A stretch of DNA of 64,000 nucleotides, taken from Euglena gracilis (lineage: Eukaryota). The position numbers were made by a program, and so were the translations under genes. Of this stretch, positions 1 through 12,399 are shown one piece after another. Below the pieces are notes generated by a model. It saw only the letters and a program-made list of their open reading frames with translations, searched no databases and was not told the DNA's origin. The DNA lies in assembly GCA_039621445.1 (NCBI GenBank), contig CP154954.1:38053703-38117702 (forward strand). Reading direction: 5' to 3'. How positions within the stretch are numbered: position 1 is the stretch's first letter; every line of letters starts with the position of its first letter.

Positions 1-1514
1 AGGTTCAGTCGTTCAGTGCGTTGCTTGTGTTTTTCTTCGTTGGAGGTCAGGTTTTCCACCTGTCGTTTCAGTCTGCCGATTTCCTCGTTTAGCTGTGTAA
101 TCTGCTGTTGCTGATCTGGTATTTTCTGCAGTTCGACCATTTTTTTGTGCAGGTAATCACAGTTTTGAATGGTTGTTGTTGTTTTTGTTTCCTGCTGCTG
201 AACCCGTCCTGCTAGATTTCCGATTTCACTGCCCATGTCCTTCTGAATTCTTTCCACCACACTGCTGATTTCGCCTCTGAGTTTTTCAACCTTTCTGAAA
301 ACTGTTGCCACAGTTTCGTCCACTTTGCTGTTCACCGCTTGGACGCCGCCTGTGATTCCTGCAACCCGTTCTTCTGCCACAGCCGTTCTCTGTTGCAGTT
401 CTGCAGTTGTTTTTTCGTTTTCTCGCTGTCGGTGCAGTAAACCAACCAGATGTTCACCCTGGTTCTGTGCATTTCCACCAGCCATCTGCAGAAAACTGTG
501 AAGTTCCCTGAGTTTTTCGCCCGTTGAGCCAGACATTTCCCTGCTTTCCGCGATCTGCTGTGACATTCCGTTGAAATGTTCCTGGTACAGTTTGTTCTGG
601 TTCACTGTCACCAGTTCCATGTTCGCTTGCGTTGTTGCGAGGACTGTTGTCAGTTCTTCGTGTCTGCCTTTGATTTCTGTCAGGAGTGCTTCAGCCTGTC
701 TGTTGACTGTTGCGTGCAGTTCGCTGAACCATTCCGTCGTTTTTTGCTGTAGCTGCTGCAGTGTTTCTGCCGTTTGCTGGTTCGTCTGTTCAGTTTTGTG
801 TCTGAACTGTTGAAATTCCTGGGTCAGCTGTCTAGTTTCGTAAGCAAAGTTCGACCACCAGTCCCAGTCAGTGTCCTGGTTCTGTGGTTCCAGTTTCGGA
901 ATCTCGTACGAGCTGTACGATGGTTCCTGGTACGAAGTTTCAATTTCACCCTGGAGGCGGTCAGGTTGTTCCGGTCTCTGTCGCACCGCCACCAGAGCAA
1001 AACTCTGGGTTCCTGGTTGCTGTGCTGTTGCGGTTTGCCAGCTTTGGTTGTTCTGAGCGTCATGTTCTGGCAGTTGGAGCCAGTTTTGTGGTGCAAACAC
1101 CTGTTTGTCAAAGTACGGTTCGTTGTTTTCGTCCAGTTCAGTGTAGTCTGGTGATGGACCGGTCTTTTCAGTGTCGTTCTGGTCCATGTGCACCATGGCA
1201 ACGACACGTGGGCTGTCATTGCATGCCTGCGGCACTGTAATGTCTGTGCCGTTTTGTTCAGTTTCAGTCCACCTGTTGCTGTCCAGTGACTGGTACATGG
1301 CGGCAACGCCATCTGCCGGCTCCACCACCCTAGCGATGGCGGTTAAGGCAGCTGGCGTTTCCAGTGTTTGGTTCAGGGCTGGGAAACCATCTGCCTGCTC
1401 CACCACACTGGCGATGGCGGTTAAGGCAGCTGGCACATCCAGTGTTTGGTTCAGAGCTGGACAGCCATCCGCCGGCTCCACCACCCTAGCAATGGCGGTT
1501 TCGGCAGCTGGCAT
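1..1514 (-). CDS. Gag-like coiled-coil ORF of an LTR retroelement (runs off the window's left edge)
   Basis: Manual translation from ATG at 1514 is open to position 1 (>500 codons; missing from the ORF track because there is no stop in the window). It is Q/E-rich and coiled-coil-like, has an N-terminal 26-aa repeat (PAALTAIARVVEPADG..LNQTL) x3, and starts ~90 nt after a PBS. Confidence 0.6.
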   Translation of the reverse strand, partial: MPAAETAIARVVEPADGCPALNQTLDVPAALTAIASVVEQADGFPALNQTLETPAALTAIARVVEPADGVAAMYQSLDSNRWTETEQNGTDITVPQACNDSPRVVAMVHMDQNDTEKTGPSPDYTELDENNEPYFDKQVFAPQNWLQLPEHDAQNNQSWQTATAQQPGTQSFALVAVRQRPEQPDRLQGEIETSYQEPSYSSYEIPKLEPQNQDTDWDWWSNFAYETRQLTQEFQQFRHKTEQTNQQTAETLQQLQQKTTEWFSELHATVNRQAEALLTEIKGRHEELTTVLATTQANMELVTVNQNKLYQEHFNGMSQQIAESREMSGSTGEKLRELHSFLQMAGGNAQNQGEHLVGLLHRQRENEKTTAELQQRTAVAEERVAGITGGVQAVNSKVDETVATVFRKVEKLRGEISSVVERIQKDMGSEIGNLAGRVQQQETKTTTTIQNCDYLHKKMVELQKIPDQQQQITQLNEEIGRLKRQVENLTSNEEKHKQRTERLN

Positions 1515-1602
1515 GTCAGCGTCATTCTTTTCAGTTTCTTGTCGTTTTTCAGTTTCTTGTTCGTAGCCGCATGTTGGAGGGGAATCACAAATGGGCAACC
1601 TA

Positions 1603-1614
1603 CCTCTGCTACCA
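1603..1614 (-). promoter_or_regulatory. Primer-binding site, tRNA-iMet type
   Basis: Minus strand reads ...GAATACA-ACA-TGGTAGCAGAGG, complementary to the usual eukaryotic initiator tRNA-Met 3' end. Confidence 0.7.
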
Positions 1615-1617
1615 TGT

Positions 1618-2733
1618 TGTATTCGTGGTACCCGCCCTTGAGTTTCCAGTCCCTCGGGGCCGGCACCCCGTTGCGTAGGATCTTGAACCCTGGTCAGGGT
1701 TTTTTCAATTCCCCTCGCGGATTGTTTCAGAAATTGCATTTTTCTTGTTTTGGGTGGGTTTTTTGGGTGAAAACAGGTGGGTTGGTTGGCTCACACCTTT
1801 CCTTTGATAAAAAAATACACAAGCAATCCAGCAAGCAAAGCCACAAACGAAGTACAAATGAATCCACAGACCAAGGTACGTAATGTCCAGGGTAAGAATG
1901 GTAACTGATGCCACCAAGATAATTCAGTTCTTGAACTTAAAACAGACAAAAACAGAGACAGAGCCCTGTGCAGGGACAGATGGAGTCAGCGTATTTGTAA
2001 TTCCTAATATAATTTTCATAATCCTAACTGCGGAGTCATCAGGTTGGGTAGTGTTAGGTTGTGTTGTTTTGGGCACTAAGCACCCCTGACTCACACCCTG
2101 CCACAGCCTGATTTTAACCGGAAGACCCTGACTCAGCCTTCACTTGATTTTTGTAAGAATTCGCACCTGGCCAGTGGCTGACCGCTTGGCAGGTGCAGGC
2201 GGAACCCCCCAAACGGGTGCTACCCCTTTGCAAAAACGGCGGGGTCTGTGATGGGCGCCTTGCGCCTGCCCCCTCCCCCACTCGACAAGGGACCTGGGGG
2301 GGACAGCCCCTTAAAAAAAAGAAAAAGCAACCAGGCCAGACCCCCCCCTTCGAGCAGGGAAGACGGTGGACCGGCCTGTGACCAGCACATGAGCGGTCCA
2401 GCCCCCTTTTAACAAACGCACTCCGCATCCCTTCCTAAGTGAGTTGAGAAGAGTTGTAAACAACTCCTTGGGAAGGGGAGTGCGAGTCAGGAGTGCTGAG
2501 TGTCCTGGCAAGTTGGCTAACCTCAGGCGCCACCCTTAAAAGCTAACCGAGGCGCCCCAGAATTAAACAGAGAACTTGGACTAACCAGGGACCTGCAGTT
2601 TCAATGACGAAACAATAAGGATAATCCCTTCCTGACGGAATTTTAACCTCGGACCACATTTTACACAAGGCTGGCCACACTGACTTCTACAAGGCGCGGT
2701 CACTATTCTGTCCTTCCTCAATCTGATTATACA
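1618..2733 (-). repeat. Putative 5' LTR
   Basis: Lies immediately upstream of the PBS and has TGTAT...ATACA termini. The partner LTR is outside the window, so the far end is tentative. Confidence 0.35.
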
Positions 2734-3194
2734 TTTGCAACGGCAAATCTGGTTCCAGTTTCAAGTCAATTCAAGTTTGTCAAGATTCATTTGAATTCTA
2801 AGTTAATTTTCTGTTCAGGTACAGGTCTTGTGGTCTGAAGTGAATTCTGAAGCAGGAATTGTTGCTTCTGGTGTGCCTAAGAAGCGCTTGTTCCCTTGCG
2901 TCAATGTCTGACCACGACCCGCAATTTGAAGGCCTTTCGCTGCTTTTAGCAAGACCTGCCTGCTTTTTATACCCGTTCTGTGGCCAGAGACCCCCCAAGG
3001 GCCCACCCCACACTAACCCCGAGAAAGGAAAAGATCTTTTCAAGTAACAGGAGATGAAACAATTTATAACAAAGGCCACGCGGGGAGTTGAGACTCAACT
3101 GGACAGGGTAATCGATCCTGTGCGGTAGCAGGGAATCCCCATGGACCTCGAACAAGCCGAGAAGCAAAGAAGGTTATCCCGCACAAATGTACCC

Positions 3195-3730
3195 AGGCAG
3201 TAAACGGTAATTCAGGTCGTTTTCTTTACAGGCTGTGAAGCTTGCCTGTGGTAATGAAGTTTGATTTGCAGCAAACGAGGTGGTGTCCGAGAAAAACTGA
3301 TGATGCAAAGCATTTGGGACAGAGTTTGGGATAGGATTCCATTGGTGTGAGGGTCATTCCATTCCATTCATGTGAGGGACCAACGAAGTGTGCAGCGGAA
3401 TTCAGCTGTGAGTAAAAGGGTGCGCAGTCCTTGAGATGGTGTCAAAGCGGCCCACGCCACGGCACGTGGTTGGCATTGGCTTGCAAAGCGTATAGCTTCA
3501 GGTCCATTTAATGCGTCAGAAAGTGTTTTCTGGCGGGAAAGCATGCTCTGCTGATTCCACCAACGTTATGTATTGTGTGGAGACTGTGCCTGAAGATCAA
3601 GTTTTTGTCATTGGCCCATTGCGGCAGTGGGGCAATCTGGCCAAGTTCATTGAGGGGTGTCGCAAACAATCGTTAGCGCACTTGGAAAGGATGTCCACGG
3701 CAGCGGGCAGGCCCAAGGCATAGGGAGCTG
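3195..3730 (-). pseudogene. Degenerate CRE-type fragment (pre-RLE region)
   Basis: Clear nucleotide similarity to ~35690-36280 of the intact element (e.g. gtaatgaagtttgatttgcagcaaacgagg). Confidence 0.8.
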
Positions 3731-3743
3731 TACAACCTTCCGA

Positions 3744-4900
3744 ACGGTGGTTGGGCGAACCGAGTCCACCGACCAGTGGAACAGCCTACTGGATTTGAGG
3801 AGCTTGGAGCAGTAAGGCTATATACAGAGGCAACAGTCTATGCTCGCTTGTGAAGGGACGGAAGGTAATAGGGCAGAGCTTTTACAATAGTAACAGCCCG
3901 AGGCGAGGCCGTTGTTGCTCAGCTTCCGGAGTTCTTCGGCAACGTGAGTAAGAGTGGTTGGGCAGGCAATTGGGAGGTTGCGGGTGTCAGTGCCGTTTAC
4001 GGTCTGGGTGTTGATGACCGGTGGGCCGGTGATCCCGGTTTCCAGTGGCGGGTGGGCGGCATCTCGGCAGGTTTATGGGGGGAATGGTCAGGTGCCGCAG
4101 GTCAGCTTGTTGTCTTTCCTGCCTTGCGGCTCCTCGGGGTGTCGTTGCGGCTCCATCGTGCTAATTTGGTAGCGTGACGGGTGTAGAGTCTTGCTTGCTT
4201 TGGCTGCTGTAGAGGTCCTCTGCCGTAGTTGTGAGTCGAAGTCCACTTTAGGCAGCAGTTGTTTCCACCAGCGCACCTCAGTTTGTTGTACTGACAGGCC
4301 CTATGGGCACCTGGAAAAACTTTGCATACACAGCTTTGAGAAATATCTGGGCTTTAGAGGCTGGGCGTGCTGTTCTTTTTATGTGTACGGTCGACGAGCT
4401 TCGGCAACGCCCCCATCGGCCGAGTCCTCACGCACTGCCCCCAAAACCAGTTGCCACGCCAACTCTCTGGACATTACCTTACTGAGTGCTTGCCAGAAAT
4501 TGCCCTCAACTCCCCTTCTCTCCCATGCGTCGCCTGGCCGGCAAGGAGGTGAACAGAATTGGTAACGATTGTGAGTGCGGCATCCCCCATCTCTCAATAG
4601 CAGTCCACTACGAAGGGGATTAATGTCCAGCCTCTCCGCTGGCACCACTCGCCATACTTCCTCACCTTATCCTCCTCTTGAGCCTTGTGCCACTTTCAGG
4701 TCTCATCCGTGCCAGGGCGCGTCGGAGATGGTGCCTAGGGGTGTCGGATGGTGACATCGATCGCCGCTGGTCCATCCGTGTCGTATCTCATGACAAGAAC
4801 GTCCCCGGGACGTGGACCATCGGGCGAGCTTTCCTCCCTCATTGCAGCATCTTTTTCATAAAATAGTGAGATTGTTTGGAGGAGTCCATGGTGGGTGAAA
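3744..4900 (-). mobile_element. 5'-truncated CRE-type element: RLE remnant plus 3' UTR
   Basis: RPGDVLVMRYDTDGPAAIDVTIRHP and RRGVEGNFWQALSKVMSRELAWQL match the RLE C-terminus of the intact copies. It ends in 3' motif B. Confidence 0.75.
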
Positions 4901-6156
4901 TATTTTACAACAAACTGTCGAAGTTGACAGCCGGGCATGAGAGGTTGTCCGTGTCTCATTTTTTGGACTTCTGCTTTTTTTGGACTTCTTCTTGACCGTG
5001 CCCTGTGCCCAGGGAAACGTGTGGTTTGGCCCTTGCCACAAGGAGAAACTCCTCATCAATCCTTGTGCGGCCACAGGTCGCCTGTGGTCTCTGTGAATAT
5101 AAGGTTTTAAGAGCGATACGATACTGAAGTGTTTACAGAGGGGGTTTTCGGTGTCTGGGTGAGAGGTTAGTGAAAATGAGCGAGGCTCATCTTCAGTATA
5201 AAACCCCCCAAATAACAACCCCCAAAAAACCCCCCCCAAATAACACCCCCCCTGTTTTCCGTTGGTTTTCCATGTAAAAATAACACACGCACCCAAATTG
5301 CACATCCCCCCCTGGTGCCCCAGTTCAGGGCCAAAATAAAACAGCGGGGGGGGGTATGTTATTTGGGGGGGGTTTAAATAGTGACTGTGTGTGTGTTGGG
5401 TGTTTGCCTGGCGCGGCTTGTTTGTGTCTGATATGTGGTGTGTGGGAGGGGAGTTTGTGTGGCGCAGAGAGCTCTTGGCTTGGTTGTATGTTGGCGGCGG
5501 CTCCAGGGGGTACCGCCAGGCGGGGCCAAAAAAACCAAGCGCGGGATCTTCTGCTTTGCGGAAGATCCTAATTTTAATTATATATGGGACTGCCTCCTTT
5601 GCAGGTGGTTCCAGGCCTGAACACTTCATCCATACCAATCTGGCAAGTTCATTGCATTCAAATATCAAGGATAAGAGGGAAAAGGCAGAAAAAGTTACCC
5701 CAAAGAGACACCCAGAAAACCGAAGTGATCAGGCTTGCCAGAATGCAAGGATCAGATTACCAAAATTCCAAGGCCAGAGGGATGAATGTCAGTTGGAGGC
5801 CGGAAGAAGAATCTCAGAAAGTGCAGGAAGTGACAGATTGGAGCTGGAGCAAATGGAGTGTCCGATTACCCGAAGAAGACTGGAGATCTGCATTGACAGT
5901 GTGGAATGGCGAAGAAGAAGAAGAAGAATTCAGCAGTCTAGCTCCAAGATATGCAGATGCAGCTGAAGAACCGGAAGAACCATTGCAGCCATTCAGGAGG
6001 AGGAATGTGGTGATGGAGACCAGATCTGAAGAAGAAGGATCGCCATCAAGGCCAGCTGCAGATGAGGAGAACTACGAGGTAGACGAGCCAGAGACCCAGC
6101 CAAGACCAAGAGAAGGAGGCAAAAGGATCAAGAGGCAGTACATCTCGGAGGAGTAA

Positions 6157-6618
6157 GCCTTTCGCTGGGAATTCGTCGACCTGATCCTGGACAAGTTCCA
6201 CATTCAGCGAGAAGGTGTGCAGGAAGCATTTGCATCATGGGAAAATGCAAGATTGCAGAAATTCTGGACGAAGGAGGACAATGCATTTGCGAAGACATGG
6301 ACATGGGAAAGGATCTGGGCCAATCCCCCATGGACATTGATGAACCAAGTCATCCTCAAGATCATCGCGGACCAAGTGCAGGAGATGGTGCTGATTGCAC
6401 CGGAGTGGCGTACGACTACATGGTGGCCAGTGCTGCAGAAGATGACAGTGAAGTTCTTCATCTTCGAGGAAGGAACCCGGTTCTTCGAGATCTGGGACCA
6501 GCAAGCGGGCCAGATGCAGCCGACTGGGCCATTGCGTTGGCCAGTCCGGGCGCGTTTGGTCCGATACCGAAGATTCCAGGAGGAGTCCCTGAAGGACATG
6601 CCCCCAGCAAGCAGATGA
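6157..6618 (+). pseudogene. DNA N6-adenine methyltransferase-like domain (Dam-type, as carried by DIRS-like retroelements)
   Basis: EAFASWENARL..F...DNAF...W...WANPPW..VLIAPEW....WWPVL, with the NPPW catalytic motif at 6322-6333. In frame with ORF 5584-6156 except for one TAA at 6154-6156. Confidence 0.75.
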
Positions 6619-7399
6619 AGCAGCAACGTCCCGAGCCCGCAGGAGAAGCGAAGATGAAGGTGGACTCTCCGAGGCCTGCAAGAGGAGATACCGTCGACAG
6701 CGGTACCAGTGGTTCGCGGAGACGTGGGAATGAGGCGGTGTGGACCGAGTGTTGCCTGCCCTCCCCTCCCAGTCTGATCCCCCTCCTCTGTGAAGCCAGT
6801 GTCCAAGATCCCCGATCAGAAATTGAAGGATTTAGCATGTCTTTCAATGTTGCACGAAATGGCCTGCGTCAGCACAGAAAGACTGTCTGAAAAATCCAGG
6901 TGTTGGAGGTCGATTGTCGTCGGATGCTCTGGGCGGACCGAGGGCCCGTCACCCCTGGGGGGAGGTGCTCAGGGCGATTTGGCTGCCCGTCGCCGAAGAT
7001 GAGTCGTTGGGTTTGTTGAAGTGTGGCGGTGTGGACCTGAGGGTTGCTTGCCCCGCATTTTCAATTCAGTGGAGTTGGATCAAATCTGCAGAATGGATGA
7101 CAAAGTGAGGTGGTGTGGACTTTGCGTTGACTGCCCCATGTCTTCGATTCGATGCGGTTTGGAGGCAGATTTGGATGAATAACAGGTGTGTGTGTGGCAG
7201 TGTGAACATCATGTTACCTGCCCCCTCCTGGATGATGGAATTGTGGCCCTGGGATCTTGATTCGGGAGTGGCGGTGTGAACTTCCAATGTTACCTGCCCC
7301 CCCCATTCATCATTCGCTACCTGGACATTGTTGGATGTGCCGACCCTGGACCACGATCTTAACCCCAGACTCAGAATTAGCCCTATGTTACTTCCCAAA

Positions 7400-7645
7400 A
7401 AAAACACCGCCAAGCCACCACCCCCCCACACCACCCACCACAACCCCCCCCCCCCCAAGGTCGAAGACCTCGGGGCCCAAAAACCCAAGGCCTCGGGCCC
7501 ACGGGGGCCGAGCCCCCCCCACACCCCCCCTTCCCGAGATCGAAGACCTCGGGGCCCAAAAACCCAAGGCCTCGGGCCCACACGGGCCGAGGGCCGAGTC
7601 CCCCCCCCCCCCGAAGCGGAAGGCTTCGGGGGCCAAGGGGCCCGA
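7400..7645. repeat. GC-rich ~80-bp tandem repeat
   Basis: cgaagacctcggggcccaaaaacccaaggcctcgggccca occurs twice, plus a degenerate third copy. Confidence 0.75.
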
Positions 7646-8219
7646 ACACTTCCCTGGGGCCGCCTCGTATTGGCGGAGGCGGTACGCAAGCGGTCCGGGA
7701 GGAAGTGTTGGCGGCGGCCCCAGGGGGTGGCGCCAGGCGGGGCCAAAAAGACCAAGCGCGGGATCTTCTGCTTTGCGGAAGATCCTAATTTCAATTATAA
7801 ATGGGACTGCCTCCTTTGCAGGTGGTTCCAAGCCTGAACACTTCATCCATACCAATCTGGCAAGTTCATTGCATTCAAATATCAAGGATAAGAGGGAAAA
7901 GGAAGAAAAAGTTCCCCAAAGAGACACCCAGAAAACTTGTATTGGATTGTATTCTGTTGGGACAACGGTGTTGGCGCTGAGGTTTCAGGTTTGTTGCCCG
8001 CCGTTGCGGCGTGCTTGCCGTTGTTTGCAGAGTTTGGAGTGGGGTGTCCATTTAGCTTGAGTAGGGAGAGCGAGAGCCTGTGAAAAAGGTGTCGGCACTT
8101 GTGGATTCTTCAGTGTAAAAGCAACACACAAGTTGTTTTTATATCTCTTTGGCTAGTGTCAGAGAGAGGCCTTGCCAGCCTCTGCTTCTGTTTAGCGTTG
8201 TTGCCACCTCTTGGACGAA

Positions 8220-9510
8220 CCACCTAGCTGTAAGCCTGGCCGGAGAGGCAAGACGCCGAAAAACACCGGAAATATGATGCTGCCTGTGCAAGGTGGGGGC
8301 GGCGCCTCAATGCCTTCTTGATTGACTGCTTCAGGTGACTAGTCCAGGAAGGCCGCACACTGATGTCCACCCTCCTCAGAGCCCTGCTAGAACAACGGGG
8401 GGGGGGGTCGATAGGCACTGTCCAATCGCGGAAAAAACACATCGCCGGGGCGAATGTTGTCATCCGCCCGTTGCTCGTTTTTCTTGTTGAATTTGCAGCA
8501 CAAAAGGTGATGACCCGTGACATCCACAATCCCCTAGCATTTTGGGCAGTGCAAGCCTTTGGTGAAGCAACGTCGCTCAACTGCATATGCCAATGTTCCA
8601 CTGAAGGAGACGGCCGAGTTCCACAGAAGGCAAGAGCGTGCGTTTGGCGGTGCTTTGTGTTGCTGCAACCCACGCCATTATGTGGGGCTGGCATTTGCTT
8701 GCAAACCGAACTTGATCCTGTGCAGGTAATTCTTGGGTTAGCTACGCTTGCCGCGCAGTGGAAAGTTGACCGGTTTCTGAGGTGTGGGGGCTCTAAGTGT
8801 TTTGGATAAGAGACAAGTCCCCCAGCCATTGTGGAAGGGGTAGTGTGGTTCCAAGGATGGTGAAAGCGGCTCGCAAACAATCCAGGGTGTCTGCAGGAGC
8901 ACGGGGGAAAGCTGATGGTATTCCCAATGTCTTTGGCCCGCGGCGAAAGTAGTCAACGATGTCAGCAATTCAGCCGGCAATTCGAACATTCAAGCGGATG
9001 GGGCTGGGGTATGAAAGGGCAAGGCCTCCCAAGCGAATTGGTAGGCAGATTTGCTCCCGTTGTTGTGGTGTGCACGGGACACCAAGCAGTCCTTCAAAAG
9101 CAGTTCCGTAGGATTGTGCTGAATGCTGCACACTCCAGGGGACCCTGGGTGTTTGTGGCTGCTCGCAGAAGGTCGTTTACTTTTCTAGAGGTGAGGCAAT
9201 ATCGGAGAATAGTGAATTGAAGATGCGCCTGTGGCAGCTTGGAAAGAGATTGGCATGCCTCCATAACACTGTTCACACGTTTACTCCAAATCTGCCGGGC
9301 AAATGTATCGCCTTCCGGAAGCCAGAGTGGGATCCCGAGAACTTTGAGGCCAGAATCCTTGAGAAGCGGCACGATGGGTACTTGGCGAAGTTTTCTCTCT
9401 GCGGGGTACTTCCACAATTTGAGGTGAAGGCAGGGCCCAACAGATTGCACTTAGCAAGGTTCACCGCCAATCCGCTTTTTCCCGCTTCATGGACGGTGTG
9501 GAAAGGGCCG
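8220..9510 (-). pseudogene. Degenerate CRE-type RT/RLE fragment with an inverted C-terminal piece
   Basis: Minus strand: AVNLAKCNLLGPAF, SGLKVLGIP, QFTILRYCL..KVNDLLRA. Plus strand 8220-8400 carries the downstream AEKHRKYDAACARWG segment. Confidence 0.75.
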
Positions 9511-9519
9511 TGAGGAGCT

Positions 9520-12365
9520 GCATCGCGTGTGTGGCGGACAGCCTTTTTACGATCAATCTCCTGGAATCTCTGAATTATGCAATGCCGGAAAAAAGGGTTC
9601 AGACCAAAATCTTAATCTGGGAATTCTGTGTATAATTCTGTATTTCATTGGCAGCCTCTAGCAAATAGTGTATCAGTTTGCTTGGACTTGATCAAGGGCA
9701 TTGGCAAAGGTCTTCAGGATTTCTTCCCCTGCTGTGCGAAAGATTTTGGAAACACCAGTGATGCAGTGGGAAATTTGTATGATTCGCAAAGTCTGCAATT
9801 CCTAATTCAAGATTGCAACGCCATTGAAAAATGCCAATTGTTTTGTAGGGAGCAAAATGCTTACACTGATTGCGTGGGTCACTGATTGAACCTCAAAGAA
9901 GTCCTGTCTTTGCTTGTGTTGTGCTGGAAGTTTTGAAAAGTTCAATGCCAGAAAAGTCAAAAGTGAGACACTGGGTCCAGGCCAAGAGTGGGCACTCGAA
10001 CAATCAGTGTATACCCTGTACAATCAGTCAGCTCCCGGGCTTGGTCAGCCCAGATGTCATTGAGGAAGTTTCCAGGAAGATGCTGCAGCATGGACTGGGA
10101 AGATGGACCACATCCATGACAGAATGGGTACAGAAGATGCCATCCAGCAGCTGCAGATGTGGACGGATTGGGGTCCACTGCTGTCCAGGAACTATGGCTG
10201 AAGGTGAAGCTGATCACCATGTACATCCTGTGTCGCAGGAGTATGTTTTCAAGGCTTTGGAAGTTCTGCAGCAGCAGAAGAGCCCTGCCATGGCAATCTC
10301 ATCTGTATATGTTGGTGTTCAGGCGGCTGAAGTGGAGGTGATTACAATCATTCCAAGAGTGGAATTTGCTCTGCAAGCTGCTGAAGAAGAAGACAATCAA
10401 TCTGAAGACAAGGTGAAACAAAAAGAGACATCCAAGGAAAGATGAATCAGGAGATTACAATGTAAGAAGGGGAAGAAGGAGGAGCCGCTGAAGCCATTCC
10501 CTGTGCGTTATACTCGTGTGTTTGCTGGGATTTCATTGCAATTCAAGTGTAAGCATTTTCCTGGTTTGGTTTGTGATTGCCCAGCCACCATTTGTAGAGA
10601 TTTGCTCTGTAGGGCACTTTGCTTTTTGGCCTTCCCCTTTTGATTTGCCCAGATTTCCCCTTAACAGGGGAGGCACCAAAGGGGTGGATGTAATTGCCCA
10701 GTTGGGGAAGGGTCAGGACACAAAGAAGGGGGGTACTCTGTTTTGCCCGCATGGGCACAGAAGTACGGCAGGGCACGTAACTGACCAGTGGATAAAGACA
10801 TTTGGAGCTGAAGATTTTCCGCCTTGCCCAGATTTTTTCCCATAGTCCCGTTTATTGGCTGCCCATTTCTGGGCACAAAAATCAGACTCCCCTTTTCGTG
10901 ATTGCCCGAATTCCCTCCAGGTTACATTTTTTGTTGGCCCCCCCCCCAGGGCCCAGGGATGACTGCCTAGGGGGGGGTGACAATTCGGGCACATCAGGGC
11001 GAGGTTAGAATTTCGAATTGGCAAATTTGACCTGCGAATGCCGATTGACATTCCAAGGAATGTTCTGTAGGAAGGTGGTGTAGGATTCGCCAAGTCTGCA
11101 ATTCCTAATTCAAGATTGCAAAGCCATTGAAGAATGCCAATTGTTCTGTAGGGAGCAAAATGCTTACACTGATTGCGTGGGTCACTGATTGAACCTCAAA
11201 GAAGTCCTGTCTTTGCTTGTGCTGTGCTGGAAGTTTTGAAAAGTTCAATGCCAGAAAAGTCAAAAGTGAGACACTGGGTCCAGGCCAAGAGTGGGCACTC
11301 AAAAATTGCCAGTAGAAAAGCCCAAGTTAGCAATAGGATGCTGTCCAGCATTGCACATTGCAGGTTGGCCTGGGCCAGAAGATTGTCACCCAAGTGTCAC
11401 ATCAATGCCAAATCGAAACGGCAGAGGATTTCATAGGTTAACCCCCAACCCATGGCAATGCCAACAACTGGGCTGTCCAAGGCACCAAATGACCACCATC
11501 TTTCTCTCCAGAACGTGCCTCACGGCTCATCTGGGTGATCTACCGGAGCTCGATTCTGTTGTACGTGCCTCACGGCTCATCACCATCTCCACTTCAGTGA
11601 CAACGACATGCTATCTTCACAGAAATCCGCAGCAATGTACAGTGCAAGTGCTGCCGTCAGCTGCAGCCAGTGGTCCGCCAATGACAATGTAATGTCACTC
11701 CACCAGATCGCAATCTAAGCGTCAATCCCCTTCGTGGCCCAACAGGATCGTTTGAACTGGACAAAGCTCATACCAGTTTGTGTGTGGTTGGGGCCTCGGC
11801 TCAGTGCGTTAGGACAGCCCTTGTCCAATGACGTTCATGTCGTGCTGTGTGATGGTGGTGTTCTGCGGCAGTAAGTATCACGGTTTGATCGTTTTCTCCG
11901 TCTTCGTCTTCTGCGTGTTTCTGTCTCCTCTCCATGTTCTGCGAGGGGCTAACTGGCTCGTCTGTCCGCTGTGCTCTGAATGCCTGGGCAACTGCGCAGC
12001 AATTGTTCATGAAGGGGGGGGGGGTGGCGGACAGTCTTTTTACGATCAATCTCCTGTAATCTCTGAATTAGGCATTGCCAGAAAAAAGGTTCTCAGACCA
12101 AAATCTTAATATGGGATTTCTTTGCATAATTCTTTATTTTATTGGCCTATGGCAAACAGTGTATCAGTTTGCTTGGACTTAATTGATCAAGGGCATTGGC
12201 AAAGATCTTCAATCTTTGTTCCCCTGCTGTGAGAAAGACTTTTGGAAACTCCAGTGATTCAGTGAGAAACTCCCAGTGGAAAAGCCCAATTCGTCATTAG
12301 GAGACTGTCCAGCATTGCACATTACAGGTTGGCCTGCGCAAGAAGTTTGTCACCCCAAGTGTCAT
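9520..12365. repeat. Patchwork of local duplications
   Basis: 9520-9770 resembles 12020-12265; 9780-10000 resembles 11085-11300; 11310-11400 resembles 12275-12365. Confidence 0.7.
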
Positions 12366-12399
12366 TGGACAAGGGCTGTCCCAACACACTGAGCCGAGG

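Larger units (their letters stand above)
5489..7936 (+). mobile_element. Deleted LTR-like element with ~230-bp direct repeats (5489-5720, 7706-7936)
   Basis: Near-identical direct repeats starting TGTTGG, with a purine tract (GGGAGGAAG) before the second copy. No PBS or TSD seen. Confidence 0.5.
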
